From a virus: a DNA stretch of 64,000 nucleotides. Positions 17,999 to 27,574 of this stretch are shown here, piece after piece. The notes under the pieces are model-generated. The model did not search any database, was not told the origin of the DNA, and was given only the letters and a program-made list of their open reading frames with translations. Both the position numbers and the translations under genes were made by a program. Location: the IMG/VR virus record IMGVR_UViG_3300050821_004478; one strand, written 5' to 3'. The first letter of the stretch is position 1. Every line of letters starts with the position of its first letter.

Positions 17999-18173
17999 TT
18001 TCTGCGTCTGTGCCTTTCTTCCTTGCGGCCAAAATCTTATCTGCGAATTCGGCTCTACTCTCGGCAACCGCGCCGAGTAGCTCGTGAAGCTGGGGCAGCT
18101 TGCCCGCAGCGTGCAAACGCTCTACTTCCGCTTGGAAGTCTGAGGGTCCGTATTTCTTCTCTTTCTCGCTCAT
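17991..18173 (-). CDS. hypothetical protein
   Basis: 60 aa. Own promoter at 18190-18218. Confidence 0.5.
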   Translation of the reverse strand: MSEKEKKYGPSDFQAEVERLHAAGKLPQLHELLGAVAESRAEFADKILAARKKGTDAENE

Positions 18174-18189
18174 ATTAATCCTCTAAACC

Positions 18190-18218
18190 AGTGTATCACA
18201 AGGATGTGCCCTTGTCAA
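18190..18218 (-). promoter_or_regulatory. sigma70-like promoter (TTGACA-N17-TACACT)
   Basis: Minus strand reads TTGACA agggcacatccttgtga TACACT, between the 1972-aa gene's stop and the next start. Confidence 0.6.
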
Positions 18219-18228
18219 GCGTTATTTC

Positions 18229-21200
18229 TTACTTTTTGAAGGCATTCAGAAACTGTGCGGCACCGACCTGTCCGGCCTTCTTCGGCGCGCCTAGATTCTC
18301 TATACCGCCCGCTGTCTTGCCCTGGTTGGCCCCGTAGTTGAATCCGGTCTGCTCCGCTTCCGGCGTCTCGCCCTCTTCCTTGGCAGCACGCGCGGCGGCG
18401 TCCTTGAATGACCAAGACTCCTTCGGGATGCCGTGAGCACGATACAAAGCCTGCTCATAATACCAAAGCACAGCCTGCAGACTAGAGGTGGTGAGACCCA
18501 GCTTATTCGCGGTCTTCTCGAACGACTCCTTCATCAATCCGCGCTCCGCGCCATTGCGCGGCGAGTCAGAGAGAATCGCATCGTCACCAAACGAATTCTT
18601 ACCGAACTCCATCGTCCCCATCCAACGGTTCCAAGTGCGCGACACCCACATATCGGCGGTGAACGCAGACTCAACCCCGTGGAGATTCTGCATGAAAGGC
18701 CCGCGCTTCTCGCCCAAAATCATAGCGCCCGGACGCATGTCGGTCTTCTTGCCCTTCACGCCGCTGTTGTATTCCTTCAACTCCGAAACCGGGTGATCGG
18801 CCATCAGCCAATCGGCTGCGCCCTTCTCGCCCTTCCCAGCGACCAGCTTGTTAATCATCTCCAGCGCGTTGCCGTACGCAGCCACTCCGCGAGGCCCCCA
18901 CGACTTTCCGGTCGCCGGGTTCATAGGAGGGAACTGACCAGTCTCGTTATACGCATCCCAAGCCTTCACAGCGGCCTTGAAGTTGCCGTAAGGCTTCTGT
19001 CCAGATGATAGCACAGCTTCCGCAGCCTTGAAGAGCGACAACTTTACAGGATGGCCTGGAACTGAGTCGAGCGTTTCCCCGCCCACCAACTCCGGTCTCA
19101 TGCCTTGCAAAGAATTGTCGTGGTCCTTCATCTCTGTGGTGTACCACTCGGTGCCGGTCTTGCCTTGCGCTAGCTGATACTTTGCCTCGTCCTCGGCTAA
19201 CCTTTGGGCGCGGGCTGTCATCTTCCCGCCTTCCGTCCCAGGTTCCAACACGGGATTCTTTTCCTTGCTGTATTCATTCAAAGCTTGGGCCACGTCGATA
19301 TTCGAGATGCGTCCCTTCTCTCCGGTGCCTTCCACTTCCAACGGATTCTTCATCAGCGGAACCGAAGAACCTTTCGGAGACTTTGCGACTTGACTCTCTT
19401 GTAGATCAGATGGAAGAAGGCCAACCTTATTCTCTGCATATGGACGCTCTGCGGGAGGAACGTATCCAGACTCGCCCTTCTTAGGAATATTTCCAACTTC
19501 ATCGCGCAGATGTTTTCCGAAGTTCACCCAAGAATTCTGTCCACGAGTTTCCGATGTCAATGCGGGAATAGCTTCCGGTGGAAACATCTGACGGTGAACT
19601 AAGTATGCATTCTCTTCGCCCTTAGGCCCAAACTCAAATCCATGCGCGGCATGCCCGAATAGATCATGAACAGCGCGGAACATATCGTTTGAAGTTAGAC
19701 CTGTCTCCGGGTCTACCTTCGCCATTGGACTCTCTGGCTTAATATCACCACCTTGGAAGAAGTAAAGGTGATTGTTGTTACGGACGTCATCTGCCATCTC
19801 CGCAGAGTTAGCATACGGCTGTCCTTCCTTCGTCCACGGTTCAAACTTCATACCCATCTTCTGAGTCGCGTAATCCCACTGCTTGCGCACCTCGTCTGCC
19901 ATCGACTGGTATGCTTTTTGAACTTCCGGATTGTTCGGCTCGTGCTTCATAGCATCAAAGGCATCCGCCACACGCTTCGCAAACTCAACATTATGCGGCT
20001 TCGGTATAGCGTCTATCGCAGGAAGGCCGCGTTCTTTGTTATACTCATCTGCGCCCTTCGCGACTTCCGGTGTCTTTTCAATCTTCGATTCCGCAATGCC
20101 CGTAGGCGTGACTTTTTCAGGAACCTTATTCCAATCATCCACGGCCCGTAGAAAATCACCGATAGAACCGTATCCTGAAAGTCCTCTTCCTTTCTCTCCA
20201 CCCTTGCCCATCAAATCCCATGTCAGCGTGCCGTCGCCTACTCCACTCTTCGCGGCTGTTCTCAAATTGTGGGCGATAATGGCTCTCTGATCTTCTGTGG
20301 GAGCGGTATGCATTTCAATACCGATATTTCCGTCGCCGCCTTCTGGATAGACAATACGAGCAGCGCCTGTGTTCTTCTCAAATTTGTTTACAGCGCCCTC
20401 AATTGTTTCTCCCGTAGGCGTACGATATCCCGCAGCCTCGGCTATATCCGAGTGAGCGTTCTTCGCATTGATGATTCGTCCGTCAGGAAGAACCATTCCC
20501 GGCGCAGTCTTGTTAGAGAAGTCAGAATTGTACGAATATTTAACCGGATGAAAATCTTCATTCGGGTGCTTCTCTAGTTTCTCTACCGCTGTAACCGCGC
20601 TCTCTTCCGGCTTGCCCTTCTCAGCCGCAGCATATTCGGCGCGCTTCGCAGCGAGTCGTTCCTTCACCAACTCCGGTGTGATCGACTCTACGGGGAAGTT
20701 CAACGATGTGCCGGTGGTCGGCTCGTGGACGTACGCGGTGTCGGGATACTGGCGGGTCTCGCCGGTCGCCTTGTCCACGTACTCGAAGCCCTTCTGCACG
20801 CCGCCCGGGATGCCCCCACCTGCGCGGATAGCCTCATCGATTTCCGGCTTGCCGGTGGTGGTTTCCTTCGGGACAGGAATCTTACCTACTTGGCTTTCAG
20901 CGACCCCACGGGCTGCTGCAGCTTCCCTAGCAGACTTTGGTGTTCCTGTGCCGCGTCTGTCTTCACCTTCTCCTGGGGTCTTCTTCCCAGCGGCTTCTCC
21001 CTTCTCAGCTTTCTCGCCGCCTTCCCCAGCCCCTGCGCCATCTGGCCCAGGCTCAGTTCCTGTGTATTCATTATGGGCATTTCTGATATCCTCTGCAAAT
21101 TGAGATACGCGCCCATGACTTGCATGGAGCGTCTGTGACAGTCCTTCTTCTCTCACCGCAGCATTCGCACGGATGCGGTCTGCGATGTGTGGCTTGGTCA

Positions 21201-24147
21201 AAAATTCATGAGCGCGGTCGTAAGCGAGATCAACCACTTGTTCCACTTGAGACGCGGTGAAGTCTGGGTGAAGCTCTCTTATGATGGCGCGTGACTGACG
21301 GAAGTCTCCCCTTGTTGCCGGGGATGCCTTAACTTCGTCTCTCGTCATGCCCTTGAAAACTTCGTGGGATGCCGGTCCTGCCATCTTCTGGGTCAGCCAC
21401 TGTACTTCCTGATTGGCTAAAGCTTCCGGGTCGATATTACCTGCAGCATCGCGGATACTAGCGCCGTTGAATACGGATGTAGCACCTGCGCCCTTCTCAC
21501 TCTTCGGGTGAATGTCAGAGCGAATCTCGACAGGCTCTAAGCCATCGACGGCTCCAATTGCCATATGTGCCCACTCGTGTAGGTGAGCATCTTCCATTGA
21601 TACGCCTTCCGGCAAACCTGGGATAACTGCAGCAGGCGCGTGAGCCTTCATCGCAGGTGAATGCGATACCAGCGCAGACTCGTCGCCGCGTCCTAGTGAG
21701 ACGAGCGTCGGATTCAACTTAGTCGGCTCGCCTTCGTTGGCGCGCTTGTCGGCCTCCGCGAGCAATTCCTTTTCCTTGACAGGCTCGATCTTGACTTCCG
21801 CGTTTGGCTTGCCTGCAGCCTGGGCGGCAGCGCGGTCGGCTGTGTCGGCCTTCAAAATCTTCGTGAGCAGCGTCTTCTCTGCAGGGTCTAGTTCTACGCC
21901 GCTGCGGTTCTTCGCCGCAACATCATCGCGAAGGTTCTGTTCCAGTTCCTTGTATGAGGAATCTTCTAGATTTGATTCACCGTAGTGCGCCGCAAGTTCT
22001 GCGTGCAGGTCGGTGTTCTCCCTAGGTGTCAACTCAACGGAGCTAGGTCCATTCTTCACAGCCGGTGGAATTGCTTCGGTTGGAATTACTGGCGGTGTTC
22101 CAGTTCCCTTGATCTCGACTGGCTTGCGGTTAGTGCCCTTGAACTTCATCGACTTCTCGATGTGTTCGTCGCGCGTCATGTCGCGAGGTGCGATGAAGTC
22201 TTCGATAGGCTGTCCAACGGCCTCTCCGATTGCGCCGCCCGCGATAGCGCCCGGGATTCCCCCCGCTTCCGCCCCAGCCGCGATACCCATGCCCTTGATA
22301 GCCTTCCCGGTCAATCGACCAAGTAGGCCGCGCATCGCGCTGGCATTGCCGCTACCGCGAACGGTTGTGCCGCCACGGTTCGCACGAATTTGAGCGCCGA
22401 TTGCATCGCGCACATTGATAAGAGATGCAGTCTCCCCTCTAGCTGCGCGAATTCCCTCCACTCCGTGACCTTCCAGATTGTTGTAGATCGCGTTGCGCAG
22501 TTCGTCTGCCATGAAGAAGCGAGCCGCAAAGTCTGGGTTCGTCTCGATCATGTTGTAGATATCCCAATTATTCGCGCCCTTCATGGAAGCGCGGTTGTAA
22601 TTGTTCAACTTGGTGAGCGTGTCTTGGGCCTCGCTCATGGTCGGGTCGGTAAGATTAAACTCCGACAAAGCGTCCATCGCGTTCGAGAAGTTTCCATCCA
22701 GCTTCGCCATCTCTTCCAACTTCTGGGCGACCTTGATCTTCGGGCTGTCTTCCGGCTTAGTGGTGACTGGTTCGTCGGCATACTTCTCAACGTAAGGCTT
22801 GATCTTGTCTTCGATGCCCTGACGCCCGCCTTCTACGGCCTCGTACGCAGACGGGAGATCGTTGATCTTCGCGCCGCCTGCCTTCGCAGCCTCCATGTGA
22901 GCGCGGGCGATTTCTTCGTCTTCCGGAGTGTATCTGTTTGCACCGCGAGACGGCACGGCCTTCTGGAATAGATCGCTGGCCTTCTTCTGCTCCGACGCCT
23001 TCGATTCGTACTCATCGGCCTTGTTCTTATCCGCAGCCTTTGTGATCTGACGGCCTAACTTCTCCACCGCGATCTTCGCGGCGGCGCGACGCTGAGCGGC
23101 TTGATCGAATGCCTTTTGCGCATCGGCTACGTTCTTTGCGGCCTCGTTTGCTAACTGTCTCGCCGCGTCGGTAGCTGCCGGGGTGCCTTGTCCCGCAGTT
23201 TCTTTCTGGGCTGCATCCAAGGCGCGCTGCTGTACTTCCGCTGCCTGCGCTCTCGCGGTTTCCAAATTACGTGAGCGATTTGTGTACTCTTGCTCCGCAG
23301 CGGTGTGCGTATTTACTGCGACACCGAAACGGTCTAGTACTGGATTAAGTTTCTCGTGAACAAGTCCGCCAGCGACAACTCCGGTGACGTTGCCTACCAA
23401 CTCAGCTACGTCCGGAGACGCGCCCATATACTCCGCAGCCTTCTGCGCGTTTGTTTGCGCAACCATCGCAGGCAGGACAACCGCAAGTGCCTCCCCGCCC
23501 GGTGCTGCTACCGCACCAACAGGCCCCGCAGATTGAAATAGACCCTCGACAATCTTGTTGGCGGCGGCTGCAGATTTATCCAAATCCATGCCGCTGTTGA
23601 CGAGACCTTCATATACCTGCTTGTGAAGGGCAACGCTGCCCTCCAAAGCCTTGGGAAGTCCCTCGGCTGGGCCTGCAAAAAACTCTCCTGCTTTTTCCGA
23701 GACTCCCGAATGGGTACCTGTCGCACCCATCTTCTTGAGCATAGCTCCGACCCAAGTGGAGGCACTCCCGTTCTTCACATCGGTCTGCACGTCCTGCAGC
23801 CAAGATTCAAACCCGCCTTCGCGAGGACTAATAGACGTCTTGCCCGCAGGAGGAGTGAGATTGAGTACACCGGACGGTTGAACTTTGGTTTCGGCTGGCT
23901 TGAATCCCGGTGGCGGCGCGACTTGCGCTTCCACGACTGGCCGGAATCCTGGGGGAGGAGGTGGCGCAACCTGTGCGTTTACCGTTACCGGCTTAAATCC
24001 CGGAGGCGGCGGTGGCGCAGCTTGTTCATCGCCCACATTCGCAGGTCCAAGCGGTTTGCCTGCGACATCGTAGGCAATACCGTTATCTATACTCGTGGTT
24101 CCTGCTGGCTGATTTGTTGTTGATAGATCAGTTGACTGGTCGGCCAT
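18229..24147 (-). CDS. giant internal virion / ejection protein (T7 gp16-position analogue), multi-domain
   Basis: 1972 aa and last of the 137/243/748/1972-aa series. PPPPPGF(K/R)P repeats, long coiled coil, HEWAH at 21565-21579, and HDLFGH at 19651-19668. Confidence 0.6.
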   Translation of the reverse strand: MADQSTDLSTTNQPAGTTSIDNGIAYDVAGKPLGPANVGDEQAAPPPPPGFKPVTVNAQVAPPPPPGFRPVVEAQVAPPPGFKPAETKVQPSGVLNLTPPAGKTSISPREGGFESWLQDVQTDVKNGSASTWVGAMLKKMGATGTHSGVSEKAGEFFAGPAEGLPKALEGSVALHKQVYEGLVNSGMDLDKSAAAANKIVEGLFQSAGPVGAVAAPGGEALAVVLPAMVAQTNAQKAAEYMGASPDVAELVGNVTGVVAGGLVHEKLNPVLDRFGVAVNTHTAAEQEYTNRSRNLETARAQAAEVQQRALDAAQKETAGQGTPAATDAARQLANEAAKNVADAQKAFDQAAQRRAAAKIAVEKLGRQITKAADKNKADEYESKASEQKKASDLFQKAVPSRGANRYTPEDEEIARAHMEAAKAGGAKINDLPSAYEAVEGGRQGIEDKIKPYVEKYADEPVTTKPEDSPKIKVAQKLEEMAKLDGNFSNAMDALSEFNLTDPTMSEAQDTLTKLNNYNRASMKGANNWDIYNMIETNPDFAARFFMADELRNAIYNNLEGHGVEGIRAARGETASLINVRDAIGAQIRANRGGTTVRGSGNASAMRGLLGRLTGKAIKGMGIAAGAEAGGIPGAIAGGAIGEAVGQPIEDFIAPRDMTRDEHIEKSMKFKGTNRKPVEIKGTGTPPVIPTEAIPPAVKNGPSSVELTPRENTDLHAELAAHYGESNLEDSSYKELEQNLRDDVAAKNRSGVELDPAEKTLLTKILKADTADRAAAQAAGKPNAEVKIEPVKEKELLAEADKRANEGEPTKLNPTLVSLGRGDESALVSHSPAMKAHAPAAVIPGLPEGVSMEDAHLHEWAHMAIGAVDGLEPVEIRSDIHPKSEKGAGATSVFNGASIRDAAGNIDPEALANQEVQWLTQKMAGPASHEVFKGMTRDEVKASPATRGDFRQSRAIIRELHPDFTASQVEQVVDLAYDRAHEFLTKPHIADRIRANAAVREEGLSQTLHASHGRVSQFAEDIRNAHNEYTGTEPGPDGAGAGEGGEKAEKGEAAGKKTPGEGEDRRGTGTPKSAREAAAARGVAESQVGKIPVPKETTTGKPEIDEAIRAGGGIPGGVQKGFEYVDKATGETRQYPDTAYVHEPTTGTSLNFPVESITPELVKERLAAKRAEYAAAEKGKPEESAVTAVEKLEKHPNEDFHPVKYSYNSDFSNKTAPGMVLPDGRIINAKNAHSDIAEAAGYRTPTGETIEGAVNKFEKNTGAARIVYPEGGDGNIGIEMHTAPTEDQRAIIAHNLRTAAKSGVGDGTLTWDLMGKGGEKGRGLSGYGSIGDFLRAVDDWNKVPEKVTPTGIAESKIEKTPEVAKGADEYNKERGLPAIDAIPKPHNVEFAKRVADAFDAMKHEPNNPEVQKAYQSMADEVRKQWDYATQKMGMKFEPWTKEGQPYANSAEMADDVRNNNHLYFFQGGDIKPESPMAKVDPETGLTSNDMFRAVHDLFGHAAHGFEFGPKGEENAYLVHRQMFPPEAIPALTSETRGQNSWVNFGKHLRDEVGNIPKKGESGYVPPAERPYAENKVGLLPSDLQESQVAKSPKGSSVPLMKNPLEVEGTGEKGRISNIDVAQALNEYSKEKNPVLEPGTEGGKMTARAQRLAEDEAKYQLAQGKTGTEWYTTEMKDHDNSLQGMRPELVGGETLDSVPGHPVKLSLFKAAEAVLSSGQKPYGNFKAAVKAWDAYNETGQFPPMNPATGKSWGPRGVAAYGNALEMINKLVAGKGEKGAADWLMADHPVSELKEYNSGVKGKKTDMRPGAMILGEKRGPFMQNLHGVESAFTADMWVSRTWNRWMGTMEFGKNSFGDDAILSDSPRNGAERGLMKESFEKTANKLGLTTSSLQAVLWYYEQALYRAHGIPKESWSFKDAAARAAKEEGETPEAEQTGFNYGANQGKTAGGIENLGAPKKAGQVGAAQFLNAFKK

Positions 24148-24154
24148 GTTATCC

Positions 24155-26401
24155 TTACGGCTTGTACGGTTTCCCGTCTGCTGTTACCCACTGATTGTTA
24201 AGTAGCCAAATGTTCGTCTTACCGTCTTCCGATGTCATCGGATGTGTTCCACCCTTTGGAGCCGCTGTGGCGGCTGTTGCGGGAGTCTTACCTGCCGTGA
24301 TCTGCTGCTGTACTGGATTTTCTGTTGGCGGTGAAAGCGGCGAACGAGCGAAATCGCCATACTCTCGCGCCAAGAATCTGTTGTTTCCAACGCGTCCATC
24401 AAACTGAGAGCCTACGGCACCCAGCGTCGATGCAATCGCGTATCTGCGCTGTTCTGCGGTTTGAGCCGCACCAAACAAGGCAAGTGCAGCATTGCGCGCA
24501 GTATCAGATGCGGTACCGCCGCCCATAACCTTACCGTAGTCGTCGGCCACACCAAGTACCAAGGCCGCGTATCCTGACAGTGGACCCTTACCTTCCTTCA
24601 ACTTCAGCCAATCTTCTGCCGTGTTCAAAGTCGGGAAAGAGTTATCTGGAATCTGCTTTGCCATCTCTGTAAGCTGGTCCATCGTGCCGCCCTTAGACAT
24701 AAGCGAACGAGCAGAGCCGAAGAATGTGGCTGTTGTTGGTGACTTCGCGATGTGCTCGAAGTTCACTTCGTCAGCCGGGTTGTAATTCTTGTCAATCTTC
24801 TGAGCCTCGGTTGTCGCCTTCTCGATGAAGTCCGTTGTTGTTTGACGCGTGCGAAGGTCGGCCAGAGTTAAGTCACCTCTTGCAAGCATGCGACCTGCAG
24901 TTACCGGGTCACCTTGCTTTGCAACTTGGTCAGCCGTTGCCTTACGCTGCATGTCGTCGAAGTAGTTATCGCGAGCCAACTTTGCGGCGTCGATAGCTGA
25001 GGTCAACTTTGCCTTGTTTCCCGGGTCAGTCTCGGTCTTCAATGCCTCTTGAAGTTGAGGTATAACACCGGAAGCCTTGTCGCCGGATAGCGACGTCGGG
25101 TCGTGGAGAATCTTATCGACCCACTTGATGCCCTCTTCTGAATCCTTCTTGTATGCCTCGACCTGCTTCTCGGTGATTGCTTGAGACGTGAATGTCGCGA
25201 CCTTCTGCTTCTCTGCAGTCAGGTCCGCGATCTGTGAGTTAGCCGCGTCGAGTCCCTGCTGATTCTTTTGGGTCTTCGCTATATCAGCTTGTGCCTGCAA
25301 GTCTTGGATATGCAAGTCCGCATTCTGTTGATACTGCAGAAGTCCCGCGTACGCAGAACCCGGAATGTGAGAGATCGCAGCTTGAATAGTCGGGTCGGTC
25401 AAGTAAGGGCTTAGTGTCTTCAACTCTTCATCGCTGACCGGCTTCTCTCGTGAATTGTTCAAAATGCCAACCGCATTGCGGGCCAGATTCAACGCGCCAT
25501 TCGACGCAGCAAATTGGTTGCTGGTTAGTTTCGTGTTTGGAGGATACTGCGCAACACCGTACTTTTGAAAGTCCGTGCTCATTTGAGCAGGTACAATCTT
25601 GTCGTCTTTTTCTCCGCTCTTGGTTGCGCGGGTGATGATGTCGTAAGTCGGAGAGGTGATTACATCTCCGTCCTTATCCTTCTTCGGCTCTCCTTGCGCA
25701 TTAAGAACCGGCTCTTCACCTGTGGCGCGAACGAAGTACTTAGTCGCAAAATCCTTGTCAGTTTGAAAGCGTCTCGCCATCTCGGCGTGATTGATACCAC
25801 TTTCGATGTCGTGATTTTCTTTATAGGCGTCAGAAAATTCCTGATTGCCCTTGTACGCGGCTTGGCGAATACCTTGATCTTGCTGATAAATGTTGCGGTG
25901 CAGAGCAACCGTTTCCGCCTGGGTTTTCGCCAAAAGTGCGTCTTCTTTCTTGGCCTCAGCGAGGCGCTTGTTGCGCGCGTTCAGCGTGTTCGTTACACCG
26001 GTCAGCCAGCCGCCCTTCGTGTCAGAGGCGTGAGACGCGTCGCCTAATGCGCCGGATAATTTATCTCCGAAACTTCCTGTCGACGGCGCAGCTTCGGGAA
26101 CCGGACGGTCGACTGCAGGTGCTGCAGCCTGGGCCTTCTTCTGACTCTCGACTGCTGCTGTCTTCACAGCCAACGGCGAGTTCTTTTGTACGTCAGTAAT
26201 GTGTTTTAGATAGCCCGCGACGATGCCGTCCAATCCAGTTCCGGCTAAAATTCCGCCTATACCCGTTGGGGCCGGGGTTCCGGGAGTCGTACCTTGGGCT
26301 ACCGGTCCCAAAGCCGCAAGAACTGGAGCGGCGCTTGACGCGACCTGTCCCGCAGATTGGCTGCTGTCGGGTGCTTGCTTCTGATCGTCAAATTCAGTCA
26401 T
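24155..26401 (-). CDS. internal virion protein (T7 gp15-position analogue)
   Basis: 748 aa and largely helical. Assignment rests on position and size only. Confidence 0.5.
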   Translation of the reverse strand: MTEFDDQKQAPDSSQSAGQVASSAAPVLAALGPVAQGTTPGTPAPTGIGGILAGTGLDGIVAGYLKHITDVQKNSPLAVKTAAVESQKKAQAAAPAVDRPVPEAAPSTGSFGDKLSGALGDASHASDTKGGWLTGVTNTLNARNKRLAEAKKEDALLAKTQAETVALHRNIYQQDQGIRQAAYKGNQEFSDAYKENHDIESGINHAEMARRFQTDKDFATKYFVRATGEEPVLNAQGEPKKDKDGDVITSPTYDIITRATKSGEKDDKIVPAQMSTDFQKYGVAQYPPNTKLTSNQFAASNGALNLARNAVGILNNSREKPVSDEELKTLSPYLTDPTIQAAISHIPGSAYAGLLQYQQNADLHIQDLQAQADIAKTQKNQQGLDAANSQIADLTAEKQKVATFTSQAITEKQVEAYKKDSEEGIKWVDKILHDPTSLSGDKASGVIPQLQEALKTETDPGNKAKLTSAIDAAKLARDNYFDDMQRKATADQVAKQGDPVTAGRMLARGDLTLADLRTRQTTTDFIEKATTEAQKIDKNYNPADEVNFEHIAKSPTTATFFGSARSLMSKGGTMDQLTEMAKQIPDNSFPTLNTAEDWLKLKEGKGPLSGYAALVLGVADDYGKVMGGGTASDTARNAALALFGAAQTAEQRRYAIASTLGAVGSQFDGRVGNNRFLAREYGDFARSPLSPPTENPVQQQITAGKTPATAATAAPKGGTHPMTSEDGKTNIWLLNNQWVTADGKPYKP

Positions 26402-26416
26402 CTTATTATCCTCTAC

Positions 26417-27148
26417 TTACCCTAAGCCATTAAAAAAGCCTTGTGCAAAGGCCGCTGGCTGACTTGCTCCTGCAGCCGAATTTGCTACCCCTGATATACC
26501 GCCGCCGATGCCGCCCGCTGCCATCGATGCCAAACTGGTGATGCCGCCAGCAATTGCTTGATCTTCTTGCTGCTGTTGCGCGTAAACATCTTTCGCTTGA
26601 CCGAAGGCTTCTTTACCTTGCTCAATTGAACCGCTCATCGCCGCGTTCGGGCTGTAGCCTTGCGACAACTGTTCCATGCCGCCCTGCGCCTTCCAATAGT
26701 TCTGATTGCCTTGCGCGTAATCCGCTTGGGTAATCTGATTCTCCGCACCCGCAAGTTGATTAGCCGCCGAAGATGCAATCGAGCCTTCGATCTGTCTCTG
26801 CACGCCGCTTATAATTCCGGTTCCGCCGCCACCTTGGCCTGCGCCAAAGTTAGCCGCCGCTTGCTGAGCGTTGCGGCTTGCCGCGCCCGCGTTGTTAATA
26901 GCCGCAGTGTTGAGAGCGGCTCTCTCTTCCGCAGAGAAGCCCCGCTGACTTGGACCAGCCGCCAAGATAGGCGACATAGCACGGTTAATCGCACTCAATA
27001 CATCTGACTGTTGACCAAATCGAGTGGCATAATTCGACTGCAGTGTCTTCGAAAAACTGGCGCTTGCCGCTGCCTGATCTTTTTCTGCTTTACTTGGCCC
27101 GCAGTTACCGGTCGCCGCGCCAATTATCGGTGCAATTATCCCACCCAT
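26417..27148 (-). CDS. Gly/Ala/Gln-rich internal virion protein (T7 gp14-position analogue)
   Basis: 243 aa of low complexity. Assignment rests on position only. Confidence 0.45.
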   Translation of the reverse strand: MGGIIAPIIGAATGNCGPSKAEKDQAAASASFSKTLQSNYATRFGQQSDVLSAINRAMSPILAAGPSQRGFSAEERAALNTAAINNAGAASRNAQQAAANFGAGQGGGGTGIISGVQRQIEGSIASSAANQLAGAENQITQADYAQGNQNYWKAQGGMEQLSQGYSPNAAMSGSIEQGKEAFGQAKDVYAQQQQEDQAIAGGITSLASMAAGGIGGGISGVANSAAGASQPAAFAQGFFNGLG

Positions 27149-27150
27149 AT

Positions 27151-27564
27151 TTATTCCCTCTCAAAATCCAACCGACGGTCGCTGATGCCTACCGGCTTAA
27201 ACCCCAGATGCTTGTCCATGAAGGCCACCAAAGTGGGACTGATGGAACCGAAGATCAAACCTTTCTTCTCATCTGCTTTGTAAATCTCGATCAGCTTCTT
27301 CACACACGCGATCATCCCGACCACCAATCTGCGTTTCGAAACGACTGACTCGGGAGCAAACTGCGTGTGGATGCGAACATATTCACCTTCCGCGTTCAAA
27401 CGAACGTAGGCCAGGGGGCCGCGCTCATCCATCAGGCAGAAGGCGAGTAGTCCATTTCCAGTCAACCACCATTCCGGATATTCTTCAGAGTGATAAAGAT
27501 CACGAGAGGTCCACTCGGTGATCTGTTTCACATCCGCTGAGGTCGACTCAGAGAAATTTATCAT
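27151..27564 (-). CDS. small protein, weak GNAT-acetyltransferase-like C-terminus
   Basis: 137 aa with ...GLIFGSISPTLVAFMDKHLGFKPVG. Tentative. Confidence 0.35.
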   Translation of the reverse strand: MINFSESTSADVKQITEWTSRDLYHSEEYPEWWLTGNGLLAFCLMDERGPLAYVRLNAEGEYVRIHTQFAPESVVSKRRLVVGMIACVKKLIEIYKADEKKGLIFGSISPTLVAFMDKHLGFKPVGISDRRLDFERE

Positions 27565-27574
27565 CCTAATTCCT

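Noticed and set aside
18433-24123. Numerous 60-190-aa plus-strand ORFs inside the 1972-aa gene
   Set aside because: They are antisense to a continuous 5.9-kb ORF, are Arg/Ser/Leu-rich and have no RBSs.
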